From positions 212,975 to 276,974 of the forward strand of contig CAYVIJ010000001.1 of the NCBI GenBank assembly GCA_964451515.1: a stretch of DNA of 64,000 nucleotides. The letters run 5' to 3'. The stretch comes from an uncultured Phycisphaeraceae bacterium. Its GTDB lineage: Bacteria; Planctomycetota; Phycisphaerae; Phycisphaerales; UBA1924. The first letter of the stretch is position 1. Every line of letters begins with the position of its first letter. Both the position numbers and the translations under genes were made by a program. This document shows positions 28,743-36,758 of this stretch, piece by piece. The notes under the pieces were generated by a model. It saw only the letters and a program-made list of their open reading frames with translations, was not told the DNA's origin and ran no database searches.

Positions 28743-29981
28743 ATGAGCGCCATCGCCTCGACCGAGCACAAGCCGACGCCCGCCGTCACGCCCGCGACGC
28801 GCGCCTTCGACGGCGTCATCTGCTTCGGCGGCGAGGACTGGTGGTACCACAACCGGGGCCACTACGACATGCAGATGATGCGCGAGCTCAGCCGGCGCGT
28901 CCCGGTGCTCTACGTCAACTCGATCGGCATGCGCATGCCGCGCGTCGGTGAGGGCGCGATGTTCCTGAAGCGCGTCGTCCGCAAGCTCCGAAGCCTTGCC
29001 CGGGGAGTCGTTCCGGTTCGCGAGAACTTCGCCGTCTACAGCCCCTTCGTCGCGCCGGGGCCGCTCGGCATGGCCATCACCGCGCGCCTCCTCCCCCTCC
29101 AGGTCCGGCGCGCAGCGCGCCGGATGGGCGTCCGCCGTCCGCTCGTCTGGGTGGCGTGTCCGCCCGGCGCGGAGGCTGTCGGCGCGCTCGATCCGGTCGG
29201 CGTCGTCTACCAGCGCACGGATCGCTACGAGCGCTTCAAGGATGTCGACTCCAACCAGATCGCCGGCTACGACCGCGCCCTCAAGGACCGCGCCGACCTC
29301 ACGCTCTTCTGCGCCTCGCTCTTGATGGAGAAAGAGGGCGACGCCTGTCGCCGGGCGCTGTACATTGACCACGGCGTCGATTACGACCGCTTCGCCGACG
29401 CCGGCGCCGCGCCTGTCGATCCGCCGGATATCGCTCATCTTCCCAAGCCGCGCGTCGGCTTCATCGGCGGCATCGATGCGCACACCTTCGATCCCGATCT
29501 CTTCGTGGACGTCGCGTCGCGCCTGCCCGAGATCTCCTTCATTCTCGTCGGCGCCTGCTCGCTGCCGGAGGACTGGTGCTCGCTCGAGAACGTGCATCTC
29601 CTCGGTCGTAAGCCCTACGACGAGGTCGCTTCCTACATGGCGGCGTGCGACGTGCTCATCATGCCCTGGAACGACAGCGAGTGGATCCGCGCGTGCAATC
29701 CTGTCAAGCTCAAGGAGTATCTCGCCGTGGGCCGGCCGGTCGTGACGACGCCCTTTCACGAGCTCCACCGCTATGAGAGCCTCGTGCATATCGCATCCGG
29801 CGCGCAGGAGTTCGCCGACGCCATCCGGTACGCCCTGGATCAATCCGAGGCGCCTGATGCGGGCCGCGCCCGCGTGCGCGCCGAGACGTGGCGCGCCAAG
29901 GGGGAGGCTGTTTTCGACGCGCTGCGGGAGATCGGACTGGAGCCCATGGAGTCAATGGAGTCCCGTGATGCCGACAATTGA
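28743..29981 (+). CDS. Glycosyltransferase family 4 (GT-B)
   Basis: The C-terminal Glycos_transf_1-like region is MPWNDSEWIRACNPVKLKEYLAVGRPVV. Confidence 0.65.
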   Translation: MSAIASTEHKPTPAVTPATRAFDGVICFGGEDWWYHNRGHYDMQMMRELSRRVPVLYVNSIGMRMPRVGEGAMFLKRVVRKLRSLARGVVPVRENFAVYSPFVAPGPLGMAITARLLPLQVRRAARRMGVRRPLVWVACPPGAEAVGALDPVGVVYQRTDRYERFKDVDSNQIAGYDRALKDRADLTLFCASLLMEKEGDACRRALYIDHGVDYDRFADAGAAPVDPPDIAHLPKPRVGFIGGIDAHTFDPDLFVDVASRLPEISFILVGACSLPEDWCSLENVHLLGRKPYDEVASYMAACDVLIMPWNDSEWIRACNPVKLKEYLAVGRPVVTTPFHELHRYESLVHIASGAQEFADAIRYALDQSEAPDAGRARVRAETWRAKGEAVFDALREIGLEPMESMESRDADN

Positions 29982-30474
29982 TGACATCCGCAAGCCCCTC
30001 GTCTGTCAGGACGGGATCTCCGCCGCCTACGAGTTGGCGCGCCAGCGCGCCGAGCCAGTGCTCTCGCCGCAGCGTCATTTCGCGGACGATCGCGGCTGGT
30101 CGCTGATGAACCAGCTCCAGGGCGTGCTGGCGCCGAGCGGACAGGTCAACTTCTCCGTGCAGCATCCCGGCGTGATCAAGGCGTGGCATCGCCACCAGAA
30201 GCAGACTGACTTCTGGATCTGCCTCCTCGGGCACATCAAAGTGGGGGTGTACGCCGACGCCGCCGACTTCGCCTGGATGGCCGTGCTCGGCGAGAAGGCG
30301 CCCGCGGTTCTGGTCATCCCGCCGCCCCTCTGGCACGGCGCCGCGACCGTCGGCGCGGAGCCCGCCGGTCTGCTTTACTACGTCACCGAGCAGTACGACC
30401 CCGCCTCCCCCGATGAGGAGCGCCGGGCGTACGACAGCGTCCCGGGGTTTCCATGGGGCGTTCGGCACGCCTGA
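29968..30474 (+). CDS. RmlC-like cupin (dTDP-sugar 3,5-epimerase or 3,4-ketoisomerase family)
   Basis: The start was trimmed to ATG 29968. The cupin motifs are AWHRHQKQTDFWICLLGHIKVGVYAD. Confidence 0.55.
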   Translation: MPTIDDIRKPLVCQDGISAAYELARQRAEPVLSPQRHFADDRGWSLMNQLQGVLAPSGQVNFSVQHPGVIKAWHRHQKQTDFWICLLGHIKVGVYADAADFAWMAVLGEKAPAVLVIPPPLWHGAATVGAEPAGLLYYVTEQYDPASPDEERRAYDSVPGFPWGVRHA

Positions 30475-30492
30475 GGCAAGGTTCACATCCCG

Positions 30493-31440
30493 ATGATTGC
30501 ATCGGACCACCGCTCCCGTTCGCGCATCGCCGCCGCCATCATCCTTGCGGGAGGACTGCGCCCCTCGCCTCTGGCGCGCGCCGCGGCTCGCTCGGTGCTC
30601 GACCTGCATTTGACCGAGTCGGGAACCGTTCTGGACGCCTGGATCGCCCATGTCGAGGCGCTTTTGCGCGCGCGCCGGGGCGTCATCTCGATTCGCGTCC
30701 TTTGCGATAAATCGGCCCCCGAGCCCAATCAGCCGACCACGCCGGGCGAACGCGCCTCCGTTGAGTTCGAGCGCGAAGCCTCCGCCTATCGCGGGCCCGC
30801 CGGGGCGCTCCGAGACGCCTGCGCACGCTACGACGCCGACGATCAGCTCCTGATTATCGAGGGAGCGCGATGGGCGACGGGGAGCCTTCTGGAGCTCGCC
30901 GACGCCCACAAGCGGCGCGCCGCCGACATCACCGTCGGTTGCGATCAATCCGACCGTCCCACGGGGATCTACCTGCTTCGCGCCGCCGTCCTCCAGGATC
31001 TCGTCCCATCACGGGGCTTCATGGACCTCAAGGAGCAGCTCCTGGCGAGGGCGATGGAGGCGGGGCTGGGGATCTGGGTCCACCGATCTCCCGACGGCTG
31101 TTCGATACCGCTTCGCACACGCTCGCAATTCCTCGAAGCAGCCGCGGCCGCGACGCGCATCGAGCTGGGCGCGGGTGGGGGAGCGTCCGAGAATCCTGGC
31201 CGCCCGGCCTTCCGGGTGATCACTCCGGGCGCTCGTGTCGCGCCGGACTCCGTGATCGCCGACGCCGTTGTGATGCCGGATGCGGAAGTGGGTTCAGGCG
31301 CGGTCGTGGCGAGGTCGATTGTCTGTCCGGGAGCGCGCGTGGCCTCCGGAACCGAGATTGTCGATCAGGTGGTCAGGACGGGCGGCGTAGAATCGGGCGA
31401 CGATTCTTCGGACCCCCGGCGGTGGAAGCACGCGGTATGA
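30493..31440 (+). CDS. Sugar-phosphate nucleotidyltransferase-like protein with a C-terminal left-handed beta-helix; the N-terminal G-x-G-T-R-L motif is degenerate
   Basis: AIILAGGLRPSPL replaces the canonical LAGGxGTRL. Hexapeptide repeats are at the C-terminus. Confidence 0.45.
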   Translation: MIASDHRSRSRIAAAIILAGGLRPSPLARAAARSVLDLHLTESGTVLDAWIAHVEALLRARRGVISIRVLCDKSAPEPNQPTTPGERASVEFEREASAYRGPAGALRDACARYDADDQLLIIEGARWATGSLLELADAHKRRAADITVGCDQSDRPTGIYLLRAAVLQDLVPSRGFMDLKEQLLARAMEAGLGIWVHRSPDGCSIPLRTRSQFLEAAAAATRIELGAGGGASENPGRPAFRVITPGARVAPDSVIADAVVMPDAEVGSGAVVARSIVCPGARVASGTEIVDQVVRTGGVESGDDSSDPRRWKHAV

Positions 31441-32318
31441 ACAGCCGCCGATCGTGGAAGTTCAGCGATGGTCTGCTTCTGGCGGCTCTCACGGGCCTGG
31501 CTGTCGCTGCGACCTATGGCGTCTGGCAGGACATCTTTTCGATCGGTTGGCGCAGCGATGAGCAGTCGCACATCCTGCTGACGCCGATCATCGTGCTCTG
31601 GCTTATCTGGGTTCGACGCGAGCGCCTGCGATATGCGAAACCGTCGTGGTCGATGCTGGGGCCTCTGCTCGTCGGCGTCGGCTGGTTCTTTGCGCTTTGG
31701 GGGTTCCAGGGATGGGGCGCTGACGACAGCCTTCAGCTCTTCTGGCATTTCGGCGCCTTGCTCATCGTCTTCGGCGCCGTCGTGACCGTCATCGGACTCG
31801 ATCTTGTCAGAGCGTTCTTTCCGGCGGCGCTGGCGCTGCTGTTCCTGTTGCCGGTGCCCGGGCGCGTGCGCACGAACGTGTCGATCCCCCTTCAGGAATA
31901 CACGGCGATCGTGACGGAGTGGATGCTCGACATCTTCGGCGTCGCCGTGGTGCGATCCGGCTCCGTGCTGAGCCTCAACGGTCAGGACATCGCCGTCGCG
32001 GAGGCGTGCAACGGGATGCGCATGGTCGCGGCGCTTGGGCTCATCTCCTTCGCTTTCGTCTTCTCGACGCCCATGCGGCACAGCGTCCGCCTCGCCATTC
32101 TGGCGATCTCGCCTCTGATCGCGCTGATCGTCAATGTGATCCGCCTGACGCCGACGGTGCTGCTCTACGGCTACAGCGATCCCGATTTCGCCGACGCGTT
32201 CCATGACTTCAGCGGGTGGGCGATGCTCGGCGTGGCGCTCGGGTTGCTTTGGGGTTTGCTCGCCCTGCTGCGCTGGATCGAAGTCCCGATCACCCCGTAC
32301 GCTGTGTCGGAGGCCTGA
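31437..32318 (+). CDS. xrt: Exosortase (EpsH/Xrt family)
   Basis: The start overlaps the upstream stop (ATGA). There are 8 TM helices. VAEACNGMRMV matches the exosortase Cys motif, and NVIRLT matches the conserved Arg motif. Confidence 0.8.
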   Translation: MNSRRSWKFSDGLLLAALTGLAVAATYGVWQDIFSIGWRSDEQSHILLTPIIVLWLIWVRRERLRYAKPSWSMLGPLLVGVGWFFALWGFQGWGADDSLQLFWHFGALLIVFGAVVTVIGLDLVRAFFPAALALLFLLPVPGRVRTNVSIPLQEYTAIVTEWMLDIFGVAVVRSGSVLSLNGQDIAVAEACNGMRMVAALGLISFAFVFSTPMRHSVRLAILAISPLIALIVNVIRLTPTVLLYGYSDPDFADAFHDFSGWAMLGVALGLLWGLLALLRWIEVPITPYAVSEA

Positions 32319-32320
32319 CG

Positions 32321-33010
32321 ATGGCCAGATTATCCGCGCTCCACGCCATCAACCGCGCCGCGCCCGTGGCCGCCGCCGTTATCCTGACCGCGCTTCTGGC
32401 GGTTGGGGGGATCGACGCGAAGACCCCTGAGGGCGTGCAGGAGTACCACGCCGCGGTCCGGATGGCTGTCGATCGAATTCCCTACCGCATCGGACCATGG
32501 GTGGCCCAGGATGTCGAGACGCCCCCCGCCGCCGTCAAGCTCCTGAAGCCCAACACGCTCATGCAGCGGCGTTATACGGACCCGGCGACGGGTGAGAGCT
32601 TCAACCTGCTGCTCGTTCACTGCGGCGACATGCGGGACATGCAGGGGCATTATCCGCCAATCTGCTATCCAGCTCACGGGTGGACGCACCTTGAATCGCG
32701 AATGACGTACTTCGACGTGGGGGCGGACCGTCTGCCCGCCCGGTCGTATCGGTTTGAACGGGAGGTCCAAGGCTCGCAGCAGAGAATGGCCGTCGTCGGT
32801 TTTTTCATCCTGCCCGACGGCACGCTCGCGGCCGATATCAAGGATCTGAACCGTCGGGCCACGAACCGGTCGCTCTCGGGACTGGGCGCGGCCCAGGTGC
32901 AGCTTGTCGTGGACGAGGCCATGCCCGTGGAGCGCAGGCGGGAGATTCTGGAGCAACTCGGGCGGGCCATCGAGCCGACGATCCGGGTGATCTCGCGGAG
33001 CGAGTCCTGA
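32321..33010 (+). CDS. epsI: Exosortase-associated EpsI family protein
   Basis: It lies immediately downstream of the exosortase. It has a signal anchor and a periplasmic domain (DUF3485-like, HCGDMRDMQGHYPPICYPAHGW). Confidence 0.7.
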   Translation: MARLSALHAINRAAPVAAAVILTALLAVGGIDAKTPEGVQEYHAAVRMAVDRIPYRIGPWVAQDVETPPAAVKLLKPNTLMQRRYTDPATGESFNLLLVHCGDMRDMQGHYPPICYPAHGWTHLESRMTYFDVGADRLPARSYRFEREVQGSQQRMAVVGFFILPDGTLAADIKDLNRRATNRSLSGLGAAQVQLVVDEAMPVERRREILEQLGRAIEPTIRVISRSES

Positions 33011-33044
33011 GGAAGCGAGTCCGGAGATTGGGGAGCAGCGCCGA

Positions 33045-35300
33045 GTGAGTGATCCCACGAGCCGACAGCACGATCCTATTCTCGAGGACGAGGCGTACGG
33101 AGCCCTTCCCGGGGGCGAGCAGCGCCTGGAGAATCCGCTGCTGATGATCCATCGTCGGCTGCGGGGCCGCTATCCGCTGGGCGTGGCGCTGGCGATTCTG
33201 CTCGCGATTCCGGGCGCGTATGTGGGATGGATTCTCAAGCAGCCCGAGTTCATCAGCACGGGCATCATTCGCGTAGCGCCGGCGCTCCAGCCCATCCTCT
33301 ACACCGACAGCCCGGAAAATGACGCGCCGCCGATGTGGGACTCATGGGTCGAGGCGCAGCGCTCGTTTGTCAAGACGCGGCGCGTCCTGAATCGCGCCGT
33401 GGATCATCCCGACATGCGGACCATCAACTGGCCGACCGGGCATGAGGGCGTCGCGGAGCTCGAGAAGGCGCTCACCGTCCGGCGCGGTCGCGGGGAGCAG
33501 CTCATCTACGTCGAGGCGGCGCATGTCGACCCCGACATGGCGAAGACGGCGGTCAACACCGTGCTTGACGCCTATATCGAGATCTACGGTGAGATCAACA
33601 ACATCTCGACGAACGTCACCATCCGTCAGCTCCAGGAGCGTGAGCGCGAGCTCGAGATGACGCTCGCCAGCCTCAAACGCACGGTGCAGGATCTCTCCGA
33701 TGACTACGGCCCCACCATGCTCCGGCAGATCCACGCGTCGCGCGTCGCGGAGCTTGGCGACGTGGAGCGTCTGGTCGCGCAGCTCGAGGAGGCTGTGAAG
33801 GAGGCCCGCGTCGCGATGGAGGGACAGCCCTCGGGCCCGCTGGACCGCTCCGCGCTGATCGAGCGACTGGTCGCGCAGGACGAGCAGCTCGCGGAGCTGA
33901 CAGAGCGCGAGGAGACGATCCTGGCGCGCATCGAAGCGATGAGCGGGCAGTACGGACCGAAGCATCGCGCGATGAAGTCAATGAACGATGAGTTGGAGCT
34001 GGTTCGCATACAGATCCGCAACCGTGTTGATGAGCTTTCGGACCAGGTGAATCAACTCCCCGCGGACGCCAACCTTCCGCTCCGTGAGCAGTTCACGCTT
34101 GACGAACTCGAGCGGCGGCTGGTACGCGAGCGGCGCCGCCTCGAATCGCTCGAGGAGGAATCGGCCCGACTCGGCTCCAAGCTCGCGCAGATCGATTCGC
34201 TCCAGAGTGAGATCCGCCTGATCCAGGAGAAGCTCACCGCCACGAAGATCCGTCTCGATCAGATCCGTGTGGAGAGCGCTCAGGGCAGCACGGAGCGCGT
34301 CACCGTGCCGCAGCGCGGCGAGCGCCCCGTCACCCCGCAGGATCGCCGTCCCGTCCTCGCCGCCGCCGGTGGCTTCGGCGGGTTCATGGCCGGCTTCGGG
34401 CTGGTCTTTCTGCTCGGGTTCTTCGATCCGTCGTATCGCTACATCGACGACATCGAGCGCGACACGCTCGGCGCTTCCCTTCTCGGCACGCTCCCCGACC
34501 TGGGAAGCCGCTCCCCCGAGCACGACGAGCTCGCCGCGCTCAGCGTGCATCATCTGCGCAACATGCTGCACCTCAAGCTCGCCAAGAACAACGGCGACGC
34601 CCGCGTCTTCACCATCACCAGCGCCGCCGCCGGCGATGGCAAGACCAGCCTGGCCCTGGCCCTGGCTATGTCTTACGCCGTCTCGGGTCGGCGGACGCTG
34701 CTCATCGACGCCGACCTCGTCGGCCGCGGCGTCACACGCGAGCTCGAGATGCGCCGCGCGCCGGGCCTGCGCGAGGCGATGCGACAGATCGACCCGGCGG
34801 CGCAGATCCACGACACGAGCATCGAGCGACTCGTTGTCATGCCAGTTGGTCAGGGCGAGGACTTCGATGCGCGGCATCTCTCCCACGAGTCTGTCCACGC
34901 GCTGCTGCGAACGCTGCGCGGTCGGTACGATGCGATCATCATCGACACGGGCCCGCTCCTCGGCAGCCTCGAGGCGAATCTCGCCTGCTCCAACTCCGAC
35001 GGCGTCATCCTCGCCGTCTCGCGCGGGCAGAGCCATCGGCTGGTGGAGGCGTGCATCGAGCGTCTGAACCGAATGGGCGCCTCGTGCGCGGGCCTCGTCT
35101 TCAACCGCGCCGCGGTCGACGACTTTGAGAACAGCGTCAGCGCGACGTCGCTCTTCTCCCAGTCGGTGCGCACATCGCCCTCCGACGACGATCGCGCGGA
35201 GGATGCTGGCCGTCCGATCCGCGTCGCGGGCGGAGCGCTGGGACGCGCCGTGGTCGGGCTGGGCGAAACCGACGAGGAGCCGCAACGAGTCGCATCGTGA
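33045..35300 (+). CDS. wzc: Polysaccharide chain-length determinant fused to a P-loop ATPase/BY-kinase-like domain (Wzc/EpsG-like)
   Basis: It starts with GTG. It has two TM helices flanking a long coiled-coil. Walker A is SAAAGDGKTS, Walker B is LLIDAD, and A' is IIIDTGP. Confidence 0.85.
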   Translation: MSDPTSRQHDPILEDEAYGALPGGEQRLENPLLMIHRRLRGRYPLGVALAILLAIPGAYVGWILKQPEFISTGIIRVAPALQPILYTDSPENDAPPMWDSWVEAQRSFVKTRRVLNRAVDHPDMRTINWPTGHEGVAELEKALTVRRGRGEQLIYVEAAHVDPDMAKTAVNTVLDAYIEIYGEINNISTNVTIRQLQERERELEMTLASLKRTVQDLSDDYGPTMLRQIHASRVAELGDVERLVAQLEEAVKEARVAMEGQPSGPLDRSALIERLVAQDEQLAELTEREETILARIEAMSGQYGPKHRAMKSMNDELELVRIQIRNRVDELSDQVNQLPADANLPLREQFTLDELERRLVRERRRLESLEEESARLGSKLAQIDSLQSEIRLIQEKLTATKIRLDQIRVESAQGSTERVTVPQRGERPVTPQDRRPVLAAAGGFGGFMAGFGLVFLLGFFDPSYRYIDDIERDTLGASLLGTLPDLGSRSPEHDELAALSVHHLRNMLHLKLAKNNGDARVFTITSAAAGDGKTSLALALAMSYAVSGRRTLLIDADLVGRGVTRELEMRRAPGLREAMRQIDPAAQIHDTSIERLVVMPVGQGEDFDARHLSHESVHALLRTLRGRYDAIIIDTGPLLGSLEANLACSNSDGVILAVSRGQSHRLVEACIERLNRMGASCAGLVFNRAAVDDFENSVSATSLFSQSVRTSPSDDDRAEDAGRPIRVAGGALGRAVVGLGETDEEPQRVAS

Positions 35301-35303
35301 GCC

Positions 35304-36758
35304 GTGAGCAGATCAGCCGTGCAACAAGAACGCGCTCAGCCTCGGATCTCGCGGGCCGCGGACGCCGAACGCCTTTGGGGCCTCGACATTCGCGATCTGC
35401 ATGATCGCCGATGGGCGACGCGGGGCGTGCAGGTCGTCCGCCCGCAGGGCGCGCCCCCGGACCCCAAAGGCCCTGACCTCTTTCTGCTCGTGGATCGCCA
35501 CGACCTGCTCGACTTCTCCATCGAGCCGCATGTCAAACGATTGAACTGGCTGCGCTCGGGCTTGATGCGGCTCCGCGTCTCCGATGCGCGCAGCCGATAC
35601 GAAGAGCGCGTGCTCGCCGACGACGAGGGCCGCTTCCAGGGCTTCCGGCGCGTCTACGACTCGCGCCTGGGCGGCGTGCGCCGAACCGCCATCACTGGCA
35701 GTCGCCGCCTCGCCGAGCGATGGCGGCAGACCGACGGTGGCTTCGCCTCCTGGCGCGCCCTCGCCGGCGGACGCCGAGGCGACAGCCAGGCCCCACGCTC
35801 CGCCTCCGGGGTGGCGAAGGGCGTCGTCTTCTCGGCGGCTTCCGACGTCGCCTCCGCCCGTTTTCTGGAGCATCTTCAGCGCACCTGGTCGGCGCCGTCG
35901 GCCGCGATCGACGGCGTCTACGCCTTTCGTCCCGGCGTGCTGCTGCACGAATCGGTGGCGCTGCCCGAGCGCGTCCGTCTTGTCGGGCCCGTCTGGATCG
36001 GCGCCGGCGCCCGTCTGCAACCCGGGCAGGTGCTCATCGGGCCGCGCATGCTGCCGGACGACGAGCACGCCGCCCCTGAGCAGCGCCCCGTCGACTGGGG
36101 CTCCTTGAGTCAGCCCGGATGGCGCCTGGCGCCGCGCTCTCGCGGCTGGCGCTTCCGCTCGACGAAACGCCTCTTCGACATCGTCTTCAGCGCGAGCGTC
36201 CTGGTCGGCACGCTTCCGCTCTATCCCTTCGTGATCATGGCCATCTTCATGGAGGACGGCTGGCCGCCCTTCTTTGCGCACCGCCGCCAGACGATCCGGG
36301 GGCGCGAGTTTCCCTGCCTGAAGTTCCGCACCATGTTCAAGAACGCGGAGCAGATGAAGGCGGAGATTGCGGCGCGCAACCAGGCGGACGGTCCTCAGTT
36401 CTTCATTGACGACGACCCCCGCATCCTGCGCTGTGGCAAGCTCCTCCGTCGGTTCCAGATCGATGAGTTGCCGCAGTTCTGGAATGTGCTGCTGGGCCAC
36501 ATGAGCGTCGTGGGGCCGCGTCCCAGCCCGGATAAGGAGAATCAGTTCTGTCCCTCCTGGCGCGAGGGGCGTCTGAGCGTCCGTCCGGGCGTGACCGGAT
36601 TGTGGCAGGTGCGACGCACCAGGCAGCCCGAGACCGACTTTCAGGAGTGGATCCGATACGATCTGGAATACGTCCAGCATGAGAGCTGGCGGCTCGATCT
36701 CTGGGTCATCCTGAAGACGATCGAGAAAGTCTTCCGTGGTGAGGATCCCTCGACATGA
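35304..36758 (+). CDS. Polyprenyl-phosphate sugar-phosphate transferase (bacterial sugar transferase, WbaP/PglC-like catalytic domain) with a roughly 290-aa N-terminal extension
   Basis: The C-terminal 200 aa carry KFRTM, DELPQFWNVLLGHMSVVGPRP, PGVTGLWQ and a single re-entrant helix. Confidence 0.8.
   Translation: MSRSAVQQERAQPRISRAADAERLWGLDIRDLHDRRWATRGVQVVRPQGAPPDPKGPDLFLLVDRHDLLDFSIEPHVKRLNWLRSGLMRLRVSDARSRYEERVLADDEGRFQGFRRVYDSRLGGVRRTAITGSRRLAERWRQTDGGFASWRALAGGRRGDSQAPRSASGVAKGVVFSAASDVASARFLEHLQRTWSAPSAAIDGVYAFRPGVLLHESVALPERVRLVGPVWIGAGARLQPGQVLIGPRMLPDDEHAAPEQRPVDWGSLSQPGWRLAPRSRGWRFRSTKRLFDIVFSASVLVGTLPLYPFVIMAIFMEDGWPPFFAHRRQTIRGREFPCLKFRTMFKNAEQMKAEIAARNQADGPQFFIDDDPRILRCGKLLRRFQIDELPQFWNVLLGHMSVVGPRPSPDKENQFCPSWREGRLSVRPGVTGLWQVRRTRQPETDFQEWIRYDLEYVQHESWRLDLWVILKTIEKVFRGEDPST

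Noticed and set aside
30870-31436. N-terminal part of the 482-aa ORF preceding the exosortase
   Set aside because: It overlaps the nucleotidyltransferase-like gene. The exosortase starts at the ATGA overlap at 31437.
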